A stretch of DNA of 64,000 bases from Longimicrobiales bacterium (GTDB lineage Bacteria; Gemmatimonadota; Gemmatimonadetes; Longimicrobiales; Gaopeijiaceae): assembly GCA_965203485.1 (NCBI GenBank), contig OZ241892.1, forward strand, positions 576,001 to 640,000. The letters run 5' to 3'. Made by a program: the position numbers and the translations under genes. This document shows positions 1-10,026 of this stretch, piece after piece. The notes below the pieces were generated by a model. That model saw nothing but the letters and a program-made list of their open reading frames with translations, ran no database searches and had not been told where the DNA came from. Each line of letters starts with the position of its first letter. Position 1 is the stretch's first letter.

Positions 1-2
1 TC

Positions 3-245
<243 letters not shown>

Positions 246-394
246 TCGGGGCCGCGGCCGGCCGGTCTCCCCGGCGTCGGCGTCGGTTAAGTTTCGTCGG
301 GAGTCGCCGGGATGCATTGGGCCGGGGCGAGGGACGTGAGGCAGGCCGCTCGGCGGCGCGGACTGCGGGGCGAATTCGATTGCGAGCATTGCGA

Positions 395-1357
395 ATGCCC
401 AAATGCACGGAGTGCGGCAGGAGTTCGATTGCGTCGCGTCGCGCGTTGGCGGCAAGAGGGATGTCGTTGAGCGCTCTTGTGGTCGCGGCTTCGTGCGGCA
501 TCGATCCGGGCGAGGAAACGGCGCGGGCGAGGGGAGACCGAGCGTTCGCCCGGGGGGATTTCGAGGAAGCGCTCGCCGAGTACCGGCTTTCGCTGAAGCA
601 GCCCGGCGCGGACACGGGCGACACGGTGCGGACGGCGCACGCCTATGCCGTGCTGGGACGGGTGGACGACTCGCGATCGCTGTACGAGAGGGCCGTCGCG
701 GCCGAAGCGTCCCACGCTCGGCAGGCGGTCGCGGACTTCGTGGCCGTGGCCAAGCGCGCGAACGAGAGCGGCGATTCGTACGCGATGGCTTCGGCGCTCG
801 AAGCCGCCTCGGCCTTCGACCCCGGAGCCGTCGCGGCCGACTTGGCGCTGCCGTTGGCCCGGCACTACACCGCCGCGGGCGAGCCCGTGCGCGCGCTCCC
901 GCTCTACTTGATGGTTCTGGACGCCGCGCGGGAGGACCCGGATCTCGTGCTGGAGACGGCGCGGGCCCATCACGAGATCGGCGACTGCGAGCGAGCGTTG
1001 GCGCTGTTCGAGGAATTCGCCGCGCTTGCCGGCCGCCGCGAGCGCGAGACCCGTTGGCACGTGGGTTCGTGCTCGTTTCAACTGGCCGAGGAACTGGCGG
1101 GCGAGGGTCGCGTGGAGGAAGCCCTCGAGCGCATCGGCGTCGTCTTGCGCGTGGGCGAGCCCAGGCCCCTGGTGCCGCGCGCGCACTACTACGGTGGACA
1201 GCTGCTGGAGCGGATGGGCCGGTGCGAGGAAGCTCTGGAGGCGTACCGCCGGGCGGCAGGCGCAGGGACGGCTTCGGGACTCTTGGCGGATTCGGCGCGG
1301 GCGAGAGTGGACGAGATCCGCTTCGGCGAGCCGGCCGGGGAGGAGGGAGGGTGCTGA
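395..1357 (+). CDS. Tetratricopeptide-repeat (lipo)protein
   Basis: Repeated helical TPR-like units (GDFEEALAEY, GDCERALALF, GRCEEALEAY); lipobox-like VAASC; start at ATG 395 or 461. Confidence 0.75.
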   Translation: MPKCTECGRSSIASRRALAARGMSLSALVVAASCGIDPGEETARARGDRAFARGDFEEALAEYRLSLKQPGADTGDTVRTAHAYAVLGRVDDSRSLYERAVAAEASHARQAVADFVAVAKRANESGDSYAMASALEAASAFDPGAVAADLALPLARHYTAAGEPVRALPLYLMVLDAAREDPDLVLETARAHHEIGDCERALALFEEFAALAGRRERETRWHVGSCSFQLAEELAGEGRVEEALERIGVVLRVGEPRPLVPRAHYYGGQLLERMGRCEEALEAYRRAAGAGTASGLLADSARARVDEIRFGEPAGEEGGC

Positions 1358-2406
1358 GGCGGCCGCTTGCCGTTCCGTCGGCGACCGCGGCGCACCATGA
1401 CGGGCGCTCCGCCGGAGTCCCTGGCGGCCGTGCGAGCGTTCGGGAGGCGGCGCCGGGCCATGCCGCCCCGGTGGCCACCCTGGTGGTCGCGGCCACGCGC
1501 GGCCGCGCGGCCGCCGGCGGGCTTGGCGCAAGGACGGCGCCGAGTTCCAGCCGAGGGCGCAACCGCGTTCGGCTGGCCGTCGCGCTGGCGGCGACCGTGG
1601 CGCCGTCGTCGGCTTGCTCGTCCACGCCGCCCTTCGCCGGTTGGACGGCGGAGCAGTTGTACGCGCACGGCGAGGAGGCGTTCGCCGAGGAGGACTGGGG
1701 CGACGCGCGCGAAGCGTTCGAGCACATCCTTCTCTCCTATCCGGGGTTCGCGGGGGTCGTGGACGCACGGTACTACCTGGCCCGCGCCTTCTTCGAGGAC
1801 GAGGAGTACGTGAGCGCCGTGTCGGAGTTCACGCGCATCGTGCAGGCGTACCCCGACCACGAACGCGCCGACGATGCGTGGATGGGTCTCTGCCGCTCCT
1901 ATGCCGCTTTGTCGCCCCATCCGCAACGGGACCAGCAGTACACGCAGCAGGCCCGGACCACGTGCGAGAACGTGGCGACCGACTTTCGCGGCACGGCCAC
2001 CGGCGACTCGGCCGCCGTCGTCGCCGGCCGGATGCAGGACAAGCTCGCCGCCAGGGCGTTCGGCGAGGCGCAGTTCTACTTTCAGCGCGACATCTACCAA
2101 TCGGCGGAGCTGGGCTTCCTGCAACTCCTCGACGAGTTCCCGAACACGGTGTCGGCGCCGCTCGCCCTCGTTCGCCTGATCGAGATCTACGAGAAATGGG
2201 GCTGGGACGAGGAGCGCGACGAGCACGAGGACCGGCTCCTGGAAGAATACCCCGACTCGCCGGAGGCCCGGACGGTCGCCGCGAAAGTCAGGCCCGACTC
2301 GACCGCGGGCTCCGCCGCCGCGCCGGGCGCCGCGGCACGGGCGTGGGGACTCGAGCAGGGCGGGATGGGCCGGGACCCGGCCGAACGGGGGCTCCGCTGC
2401 GCGTAG
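1351..2406 (+). CDS. bamD: Outer membrane protein assembly factor BamD
   Basis: SAC lipobox-like site then AEQLY..GEEAF..EDW..A..AFE.....YP, ARYYLARAFF, RDQQYTQQA, KLA..AF..AQFY; GTG 1351 follows AGGAGGGAGG and overlaps the upstream stop; start uncertain. Confidence 0.85.
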   Translation: MLRRPLAVPSATAAHHDGRSAGVPGGRASVREAAPGHAAPVATLVVAATRGRAAAGGLGARTAPSSSRGRNRVRLAVALAATVAPSSACSSTPPFAGWTAEQLYAHGEEAFAEEDWGDAREAFEHILLSYPGFAGVVDARYYLARAFFEDEEYVSAVSEFTRIVQAYPDHERADDAWMGLCRSYAALSPHPQRDQQYTQQARTTCENVATDFRGTATGDSAAVVAGRMQDKLAARAFGEAQFYFQRDIYQSAELGFLQLLDEFPNTVSAPLALVRLIEIYEKWGWDEERDEHEDRLLEEYPDSPEARTVAAKVRPDSTAGSAAAPGAAARAWGLEQGGMGRDPAERGLRCA

Positions 2407-3053
2407 GCGTCTTCGGGGGGACGTTCGATCCGCCTCACGCCGGCCACTTCGCGGTGGCTTCGGATGCCGCGCGCGCGGCCCGGCTCGACCGTGTCCTGTG
2501 GACGCCGGCCGCAAGCCCGCCGCACAAGGCAGGCTGGACTCTCTCGTCCCCGGAAACGCGGGCGCGCTTGGTACAGGCGGCGATCGCGCCCGATCCGCGC
2601 TTCGAACTCTGCACGATCGAACTGGAACGGAGCGGCGCGTCCTACACGGTGGACACGTTGCGCGCCCTCCGCGCCGCCCAACCCCGGTGGCAACTCGCGC
2701 TCGTGTTGGGCGCCGACCAGATGGCGCGGTTCTCGACATGGAAGGAAGCGGCCTCGGTGGCCGGGCTGGCGCAACTGGTCGTGGCGGCAAGAGACGGGCG
2801 CGCGGGCGCGGGCGGTCTCCCGGGGAGGCGCTTGGTCCGGAGCGCCGTGCGCGTCGCCGTCTCGTCCACGCTCGTGCGCGAGCGGGTGCGCCGGGGAGCG
2901 TCCCTTTCGACCATGGTCGCGTCCAACGTGATGGCCCTTATTCATAGCGAGGGCCTTTACCGCGGCGCCGCCGGCCGTTCCGGCAGTTGCGCGGCCAAGG
3001 CCTCGGAGGCGTCGGAGCGCCCGGTGCAGGGCGCAAGCAGAGGCACGACATGA
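2343..3053 (+). CDS. nadD: Nicotinate-nucleotide adenylyltransferase
   Basis: GVFGGTFDPPHAGH, PPHK, SYTVDTL, GAD, VSSTLVR motifs; stop overlaps the secA ATG (ATGA); start approximate. Confidence 0.92.
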   Translation: MGTRAGRDGPGPGRTGAPLRVGVFGGTFDPPHAGHFAVASDAARAARLDRVLWTPAASPPHKAGWTLSSPETRARLVQAAIAPDPRFELCTIELERSGASYTVDTLRALRAAQPRWQLALVLGADQMARFSTWKEAASVAGLAQLVVAARDGRAGAGGLPGRRLVRSAVRVAVSSTLVRERVRRGASLSTMVASNVMALIHSEGLYRGAAGRSGSCAAKASEASERPVQGASRGTT

Positions 3054-6000
3054 TCAAAGGAATCGTCAAGAGGGTCGTGGGATCGCGGCACGCGCGCGAA
3101 GTGAAGCGCTTGCGTCCGCTGGTCGCCGAGATCAACGAACGCTTCGCCGAGCTGGAGGACCTGCCGGACGACGCCCTGGGCGCGAGGACGGGCGTCTTCC
3201 GCGAGCGCATCGGCGAAGCGACGGCGAGGACGGAGGAGGAGATCAAGTCCCTTCGGCAGGCCAAGCGGACCACGACCGATCCGGACGAGCGAGAGACGCT
3301 GAGCTTGGAGATCGGCAAGCTGGAGTCGCGCTTGCTGGACGAGTTGGGCCGGGCGCTGGAGGAGATCCTGCCCGAAGCGTTCGCCGTCGTCAAGGAAGCG
3401 TGCCGCCGCTTGGTGGGACGGCAGGTCGCCGTCACCGGCCACTTTCTCGAGTGGGACATGGTGCCCTACGACGTCCAGCTCGTCGGCGCCGTCCAGCTGC
3501 ACAGGGGCCAAGTGGCCGAGATGGCGACGGGCGAGGGAAAGACGCTCGTGGCGACGATGCCCCTCTACCTCAACGCCCTGGCGGGCCGCGGCGCCCACTT
3601 GGTCACGGTCAACTCCTACTTGGCGCAACGCGACGCCGAATGGATGGGTTCCATCTACCGCATGCTGGGCCTGACCGTGGACTGCATCGATCTCTACCAG
3701 CCCGGTTCGCCCGAGCGCCGGGCTGCGTACCACGCGGACATCACCTACGGCACCAACAACGAATTCGGCTTCGACTACCTGCGCGACAACATGGTCCACT
3801 CGCTGGAGCAACGGGTCCAGCGGAGCCACGCGTACGCCATCATCGACGAAGTCGACTCCATCCTGATCGACGAAGCGCGGACCCCGCTGATCATCTCCGG
3901 TCCGGTGAGCCGCGACACGTCCACGCCCTTCAAGCGGATGGCGCCGGTCGTGGGCGCCCTCCACCGCAAGCAGTCGCGCCGCTTGGGCGAGATGATCGCC
4001 AGGGCGGAGAAGTTGCTCGAGTCGGGGGGCGAGGACGAGTACGAAGCCGGCGAGCTGTTGCTGGCGGCCAAGCGGGGCGGTCCGAAGAACAAGCGCCTCA
4101 TGAAGCTGTTCGCGGACCAGCCGGCGGTAGTCAAGCTGGTCGAGAAGGTCGAAGCGGACTACATGCGCGACAAGCGCCTGCACGAAGTGGACGAGATGCT
4201 GCTGTTCGCGATGGACGAGAAGGGCAGCGCGGTTCACTTGTCGGACCAGGGACTGGACGAGCTGTCGCCGGGAGAGCCCGAGGCGTTCGTGGTTCCGGAC
4301 CTGTCCGAGGCGATGGGCGAGATACAGGACGACGAAGACATGCCGGTCGAAGCCAAGCGCCGCCGGATGGCCGACTTGGAAGCCGAATACGCAGACAAGT
4401 CGCAGAAGATCCACGTCATCCACCAGCTGCTCAAGGCTTACACGCTCTTTCGCAGAGACGAGCGCTACATCGTGGGCGAGGACGGCTCGATCGTCATCGT
4501 CGACGAGTTCACCGGACGGCAGATGCCCGGGCGCCGTTGGAGCGACGGACTCCACCAAGCCGTGGAGGCCAAGGAGGGCGTGGAAGTGCGGGGCGAGACG
4601 CAGACGCTCGCGACGATCACCATCCAGAACTACTTCCGGATGTACGACAAGCTCGCCGGAATGACGGGAACCGCTGAGACGGAGGAGACCGAGTTCCACC
4701 AGATATACAACCTGGACGTGGCGGTAATTCCCACCAACCGGCCCATCGCTCGCGACGACCGGGACGACTTGATCTTTCGAACCAAGCGAGAGAAGTACGC
4801 CGCCATCATGGACGAGATCGAACGCCTCAACCGCCTCGACCTGCCGGTGCTCGTCGGCACGACGAACGTGGAGGTGTCCGAGACGCTGTCGCGCATGCTC
4901 AAGCGGCGTGGCCTCCACCACAACGTGCTGAATGCGAAGCAGCACAAGCGCGAGTCCGAGATCGTGACGGAAGCCGGACAGCCGGGCGCCGTGACGATCG
5001 CCACCAACATGGCCGGGCGCGGAACGGACATCAAGCTGGGGGAGGGCGTCACTCGCACGCGCACGGTGGGCTGGGCGAAGGAGCGGGGGATGGAGCCCCA
5101 GTCGGTCGCGCCGACCGACCCGGTGCGCTACGAGGAGCTGGCGGGCAAGCCGGACGACCACGTCGTGGAGGTGGGCGGCCTGCACATCGTCGGGTCGGAG
5201 CGCCACGAAGCGCGGCGGATCGACCGGCAGCTGCGCGGGCGGGCAGGCCGCCAGGGCGATCCCGGCGCGTCCCAGTTCTTTCTGTCGCTCGAAGACGATC
5301 TCATGCGGTTGTTCGGGGGCATGGAACGGATCGCCGGAGCCATGGAGCGCATGGGCGCCGAGGAAGGCGAGGTCATCACGCATCCCCTTGTGACCCGGTC
5401 GATCGGCCGGGCGCAGAAGCGCGTCGAGGGCAACAACTTCGAGGCGCGCAAGCGGTTGCTGGACTACGACGACGTCATGAACCAGCAGCGCGAAGTCGTC
5501 TACGACCTGCGCCTCTTCGCGCTCGAGGGCGGCGAGGACTTAAAGGGCGAGATCTGGGAGATGATTCGCCACGCCATGGATGCGGTCTTCGAGGACTGCG
5601 TGCCGGAGTCGAGCGCTTCGGAAGAGATGGACGCAGGTTCGTTGCGGCAGCGAATGCTCTTGGATCTGCACACGGTCTTGCCACGGCTGGACAACGAGGC
5701 GGACGCGGGCGAACTGGACCGGGAAGGCTTGATCGCCGCCGCGGGGGAGGCCGTCCGCAACTCGTTCGACCGGCAACTGGAGGCTTTCGGGGAGCACGCC
5801 GAGCGCGTCATGAGCTTCGTGTTGCTTTCCACGATCGACGGCAAGTGGAAGGATCACCTTTACGATCTGGACCACCTCAAGGCGTCGATCGGCTTTCGCG
5901 GCTGGGGACAAAAAGATCCTCTCGTCGAGTACAAGAAGGAAGCCTACGAGATGTTCGTTGGGCTGATGGACGACATTCGCCGCACCGTCACGCAGCAGTT

Positions 6001-6346
6001 CTTCCGGTTGCGCGTCGAAGAACGGCCTGCCATGCGCCATCCGGCCGAGGCCCAAGGCCGTTTTGTGTACTCGGGGCCGTCGGCGGCCGGTCCGGGACCG
6101 CGCGGCGGCACGCCCCGCGCAGGCGGCCGGTCCGGGGTCGACTCGCTCGGGATGGCGGTGCCGGGGCGGCCGGTGGAGGGTGCGGCCGCGGGAACTCCAG
6201 GCGGCGATGTTCGGCGGCTGGCCGCCAATCGCGGAGAGCATCGGCCCAAGACGCCGATCACGGTGGAAAAGCCGCCCGGACGCAACGCGCCTTGTCCTTG
6301 CGGAAGCGGCCGAAAGTACAAGAAGTGCCACGGCGCGCTGACCTAG
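3050..6346 (+). CDS. secA: Preprotein translocase ATPase SecA
   Basis: EMATGEGKT, YGTNNEFGFDYLRDN, DEVDSILIDEARTPLIISG, ATNMAGRGTDI, QLRGRAGRQGDPG, C-terminal GRNAPCPCGSGRKYKKCHG. Confidence 0.99.
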   Translation: MIKGIVKRVVGSRHAREVKRLRPLVAEINERFAELEDLPDDALGARTGVFRERIGEATARTEEEIKSLRQAKRTTTDPDERETLSLEIGKLESRLLDELGRALEEILPEAFAVVKEACRRLVGRQVAVTGHFLEWDMVPYDVQLVGAVQLHRGQVAEMATGEGKTLVATMPLYLNALAGRGAHLVTVNSYLAQRDAEWMGSIYRMLGLTVDCIDLYQPGSPERRAAYHADITYGTNNEFGFDYLRDNMVHSLEQRVQRSHAYAIIDEVDSILIDEARTPLIISGPVSRDTSTPFKRMAPVVGALHRKQSRRLGEMIARAEKLLESGGEDEYEAGELLLAAKRGGPKNKRLMKLFADQPAVVKLVEKVEADYMRDKRLHEVDEMLLFAMDEKGSAVHLSDQGLDELSPGEPEAFVVPDLSEAMGEIQDDEDMPVEAKRRRMADLEAEYADKSQKIHVIHQLLKAYTLFRRDERYIVGEDGSIVIVDEFTGRQMPGRRWSDGLHQAVEAKEGVEVRGETQTLATITIQNYFRMYDKLAGMTGTAETEETEFHQIYNLDVAVIPTNRPIARDDRDDLIFRTKREKYAAIMDEIERLNRLDLPVLVGTTNVEVSETLSRMLKRRGLHHNVLNAKQHKRESEIVTEAGQPGAVTIATNMAGRGTDIKLGEGVTRTRTVGWAKERGMEPQSVAPTDPVRYEELAGKPDDHVVEVGGLHIVGSERHEARRIDRQLRGRAGRQGDPGASQFFLSLEDDLMRLFGGMERIAGAMERMGAEEGEVITHPLVTRSIGRAQKRVEGNNFEARKRLLDYDDVMNQQREVVYDLRLFALEGGEDLKGEIWEMIRHAMDAVFEDCVPESSASEEMDAGSLRQRMLLDLHTVLPRLDNEADAGELDREGLIAAAGEAVRNSFDRQLEAFGEHAERVMSFVLLSTIDGKWKDHLYDLDHLKASIGFRGWGQKDPLVEYKKEAYEMFVGLMDDIRRTVTQQFFRLRVEERPAMRHPAEAQGRFVYSGPSAAGPGPRGGTPRAGGRSGVDSLGMAVPGRPVEGAAAGTPGGDVRRLAANRGEHRPKTPITVEKPPGRNAPCPCGSGRKYKKCHGALT

Positions 6347-7038
6347 ACCGGGGCCACCCTCCCGAAGCGCGCCCGCGCGAGCGCTTGCGCCGGTATGGCC
6401 CAGGGCCCCTTTCCGAGCGCGAGCTGCTGGCGCTCGTGATCGGTTCCGGGGCCGCGACGGCGTCGGCCGGCGCCTTGGCCGAGCGAGTGCTCTCGCTTGC
6501 TGACGGCCGGTTGCGGGACCTGGGCCGGGTCGACCAGGACCGACTCACCGCCATATCGGGCATCGGCATGGCCATGGCCGCGAGGATCGTCGCCGCCATC
6601 GAGCTCGGCAAGCGAGTGGCGGCGGCCCGCACGGTGCGCGAAGAGCCGATCACGGGCCCGCGCGACGTCCATGGACTCTTCGCCCCCAGCATGGCCCATC
6701 TGCCGCACGAGGAGTTCCACGTGCTGTTGCTGGACGCCCAGAACGCGCCGATCTGCCAGCGCCAGGTCACGCGCGGAATCCTGGACGCGTCCCTGATTCA
6801 CCCGCGCGAAGTCTTCCGCGACGCGATCGTGTTGCGCGCGGCCGCGCTCATCCTCGTCCACAACCATCCCTCCGGAAACCCCGAGCCCTCCGCCGAGGAC
6901 CTTCGGGTGACGCGCCAACTCTCCTCCGCCGGCGATCAACTGGGCATTCCCGTGTTGGATCACATCATCGTCGCGGGCAAGGACTTCTCTTCGCTGGCCG
7001 GCCGCGGTTGCCTGAGGGACCCGCCCGAAGGCGACTGA
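6325..7038 (+). CDS. radC: RadC / JAB domain protein
   Basis: RPRERL...G...LS..ELLA, IHPREVF, HNHPSGNPEPSAED, LDHIIV; start approximate. Confidence 0.92.
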   Translation: MPRRADLDRGHPPEARPRERLRRYGPGPLSERELLALVIGSGAATASAGALAERVLSLADGRLRDLGRVDQDRLTAISGIGMAMAARIVAAIELGKRVAAARTVREEPITGPRDVHGLFAPSMAHLPHEEFHVLLLDAQNAPICQRQVTRGILDASLIHPREVFRDAIVLRAAALILVHNHPSGNPEPSAEDLRVTRQLSSAGDQLGIPVLDHIIVAGKDFSSLAGRGCLRDPPEGD

Positions 7039-7235
7039 TGCCTGCCCTCGTGCTGTCGCCAAGTCTCGTTGCGCCCGTGGGCATTGCGCCCCCGACTTGG
7101 GCGCGCCACGGCATCGCGCCGCCTGCGCTCCGCGGACGATGACGCCTCGATGATCCCCATGCGGTCTTGTTGGACCCTTCGCCCCGTCCGTCTGGGCGGG
7201 CCGCCCCTCCGCTCGCTCCCCAAGGAGACCTCGCC

Positions 7236-8528
7236 GTGAGCAGCTCTTCGAATTCGCCCCCGCCCCCATTCAGCCGGGGCGCCGCCGCTCTTGCCCTCCT
7301 GCTCGTCCTGTCCGTGGCGGGCCGCGCTTCGGCGCTCGTCCAGCAGGTGGTGGACCTGCCGGCCGAAGACACGCCGTTGTCGGCCGACTTCGAAGAGGTG
7401 CGCCGTATCGGGGACCCCGACGTGCTCCTTACCGCCGTCGAGGCCGCGGCCTTCGGAGACGACGGCCGACTGTACGTGCTCGACGCGGACGGGGCCGGGC
7501 AACGCCTGCTTGTGTTTGGGGACGACGGCGCGGTACGCGAGATCGGCAGGCAGGGCCAAGGACCCGGCGAGTACAGCGCCATCTCGCACTTCGCACCGAC
7601 CGAGGGAGGGGGCGTCGCCGCGTTCGACGTGGACCGGAACAGATACCTCGTGTTTGATCGCGACGGGGACTTCGAACGTTTCGTTGCGATGCCCAGCGGG
7701 TTGCCGGGCGGGGCGGGAACATTCGACTTTGGGCGCGACGCCCGCCCTGCTCGCCGCGGGGACGACTTGATCTCCGTGCGGCACATGGAGATGGACATGT
7801 CCCGGGCCGAGGAAGGCCGTGTCGGCGCGTCGCCAAGTCGGCGGATCGTCGAGCGGCTCGGACTGGGCGGCAAGATCGCGACGCTCGATACGGTCATGCG
7901 GCTCTGGACCCCGCCGCCCCCTCCTCCGTCGGAGCGCAACGTGGATGGCATTGCGGTCTCGATGGCGATGCGCATGTTCGAGCCGAGGATACGCTACGAC
8001 GTTTCTTCCAGCGGTGCCGTGGTCGTTGCGGACTCCACCGCCTATGCCGTCAAGGTCGCCGGGTCGGCCGGCGTCGAGCGTGTGCTGCGCCGGCCGTTGG
8101 ACGCGGTACCGGTGACGAGGCGAGTGCGCAACCGTGTCAAGGACGCGCACCGCGAAGCTCTGGCGAGGGAACTGGCCACCGCGGCTGGACCCGTCCGGGC
8201 AATGCTGGAAGAGAGCAGGCCCGCCTTGGAGGAGAGCATCGACGAGGTGCAGTTCTACGACGAGATTTCCGTGATCGCCGACATCGCGGCGGGCTGGGAG
8301 AGGACCGTATGGGTCGTCCGCATCGACGCGGACGAACCGTGGAACGAGGAGATTTCGGGCCCGGTGGACGTGCTGGTTCGCGACGGCGGCTACGTCGGCA
8401 CGTTCGCCGCCGGGTCGGACGCGATGCCGCTGGCCTTGGGCCCGGACGGGTTGGCCGCGTACGTCGAAACCGACGCGTTCGAGGTGCAGACCGTGGTGAT
8501 CAAGAGGTTGCCCGCGGAACTGCGGTAG
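7236..8528 (+). CDS. Secreted 6-bladed beta-propeller-type protein
   Basis: Signal-like hydrophobic N-terminus, AFGDDGRLYVLD, IGRQGQGPGEY, DGGYVGT, C-terminal GPDGLAAYVETDAFEVQTVVIKRL; AAGGAG ahead of GTG 7236. Confidence 0.75.
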   Translation: MSSSSNSPPPPFSRGAAALALLLVLSVAGRASALVQQVVDLPAEDTPLSADFEEVRRIGDPDVLLTAVEAAAFGDDGRLYVLDADGAGQRLLVFGDDGAVREIGRQGQGPGEYSAISHFAPTEGGGVAAFDVDRNRYLVFDRDGDFERFVAMPSGLPGGAGTFDFGRDARPARRGDDLISVRHMEMDMSRAEEGRVGASPSRRIVERLGLGGKIATLDTVMRLWTPPPPPPSERNVDGIAVSMAMRMFEPRIRYDVSSSGAVVVADSTAYAVKVAGSAGVERVLRRPLDAVPVTRRVRNRVKDAHREALARELATAAGPVRAMLEESRPALEESIDEVQFYDEISVIADIAAGWERTVWVVRIDADEPWNEEISGPVDVLVRDGGYVGTFAAGSDAMPLALGPDGLAAYVETDAFEVQTVVIKRLPAELR

Positions 8529-8533
8529 CCGCC

Positions 8534-9316
8534 TCAGTTCTGCTCGGACGCCTGGAAGCGGTAGCCGAATCCGCGGACGGTCTCGATCCAGTCGCCGGCG
8601 AAGTCGAGCTTGGTCCGCAGGCGCCGCACGTGCATGTCGACCGTACGCGTGTGCATGCGGTCGACGATCTCCGACTCGGCCCAGGCTTCGACGAGAAGCT
8701 GGTGGCGGCTGAGCGTGCGGCCGGGTCGCTCCATCAGGGACCGCAACAGCCTAAACTCGGTGGGCGTGACCCGGATGTCGCGTTCCCGGAGGGTCACGCG
8801 CAACGCGGCCAAGTCCATGCGCAACGGCCCGGCGCGCAGTATGCGCCCGCCTCCGGAGGGACTCTGTCGCTCGCCCCGCGCCCGCCGCAGCACTGCGTCG
8901 ATGCGCAACGCCAGCTCCCTGGAGCTGAACGGCTTGGTTACGTAGTCGTCGGCCCCCATCTCCAGCCCGCTGATGCGGTCTTCCTGCTCGCGCTTGGCGG
9001 TCAGCACCACCACGGGCAGCATCCGAGTGGCCGCGTCGGAGCGAATGGCCTTCAGCACGTCGTCGCCCGACAAGCCGGGCAACATGCGGTCCAGCACGAC
9101 CAAGTCGGGGAGGTTGCGGTTCATGGCGTCGAGAGCGGCGCTCCCGTTGAGCGCCGTCTCCACTCGGTAGCCGGCCCGGGTCAGCTGATAGGCGATCAGC
9201 GCCGCGATCTCGGCCTCGTCCTCGACGACGAGCACGCGGGCGACCGGTCCGTCGCGGCCGGGCCCGGCCGTGGGCGTCCCGGCGGCGCGGGTCCTGGCCG
9301 CAAAGTGGACGCTCAT
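8534..9316 (-). CDS. OmpR/PhoB-family response regulator (PhoB-like)
   Basis: VLVVEDE, DLVVLDRMLPG, GADDYVTKPF, TPTEFRLL, RTVDMHVRRLR, IETVRGFGYRF. Confidence 0.93.
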   Translation of the reverse strand: MSVHFAARTRAAGTPTAGPGRDGPVARVLVVEDEAEIAALIAYQLTRAGYRVETALNGSAALDAMNRNLPDLVVLDRMLPGLSGDDVLKAIRSDAATRMLPVVVLTAKREQEDRISGLEMGADDYVTKPFSSRELALRIDAVLRRARGERQSPSGGGRILRAGPLRMDLAALRVTLRERDIRVTPTEFRLLRSLMERPGRTLSRHQLLVEAWAESEIVDRMHTRTVDMHVRRLRTKLDFAGDWIETVRGFGYRFQASEQN

Positions 9317-9383
9317 GCCGCGATCGTCCTCCGTGCCGGATCTGCGAGCAAGCGCGTCGGTTCACCGGCGTGCATGGACGCGC

Positions 9384-10004
9384 TCACGATCCCGCCGCCG
9401 TCTTCGCGTCTTCGTCGTAGTAGCGAAAGATCTTGTATCCTCCGTGCCGGACCAAGACATCCTTGAACAGCTGCATCTTGTAGGACCGGTCCCCGACACT
9501 GAAGCTAACGTAGCAATCCGTGTGAACCGAGAACGTCGCGAAGACTTGGGCGTCGCTTCGGCATGCGACGTTCTTGTATGCAACGGCGCCCGCCCGGCGG
9601 ATGGACGCCAATGCGGCCGACGCCCTGCGCACGGCGCGCTGGTTTCGCAACTGGATGTTTCGCCAAGCCAGATCGACTGGAAAGGGGTGCTCGGCCTGGG
9701 CCACGGGAAATTCTGGCCAAACCACTTCGTTGTGCTCGGCCTTGCTGAGGCGAAAGCGTTCCAGCGCCTTGTGGTCCGCGCGCTCGAAGGCGTCCATGAC
9801 CTTGCGTCCCAGGTCGTCAAGACTCGTCGCGGAACCCGGAAAGGGCTGGCCGCCGCACCCGTTGGCGAGCACGGCGGCACAGCCCAGAAACACGGCCAGT
9901 TTGCGTCGCGCGGCGAGTCCAAGTCTCGTGGGGGCCGCGCTTCTGCGGAGCGCAAGCCTCCCGCCAAGTCCGTCGAGAACGAAGTTCACCGCGCACGCAC
10001 GCAC
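9384..10004 (-). CDS. Hypothetical lipoprotein
   Basis: Hydrophobic stretch plus ANGC lipobox-like site followed by a globular region (VVWPEFP...YKIFRYYDE); co-oriented in the operon; start GTG 10004 or 9989. Confidence 0.65.
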   Translation of the reverse strand: MRACAVNFVLDGLGGRLALRRSAAPTRLGLAARRKLAVFLGCAAVLANGCGGQPFPGSATSLDDLGRKVMDAFERADHKALERFRLSKAEHNEVVWPEFPVAQAEHPFPVDLAWRNIQLRNQRAVRRASAALASIRRAGAVAYKNVACRSDAQVFATFSVHTDCYVSFSVGDRSYKMQLFKDVLVRHGGYKIFRYYDEDAKTAAGS

Positions 10005-10026
10005 GGCTCCGCGATCTCCGTGGCCG

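Noticed and set aside
2957..5383. 808-aa minus-strand ORF
   Set aside because: Antisense shadow of secA, expected in high-GC DNA; no motifs
6325..7038. radC as a mobile-element or anti-restriction marker
   Set aside because: Full-length chromosomal-type RadC in a housekeeping operon behind secA
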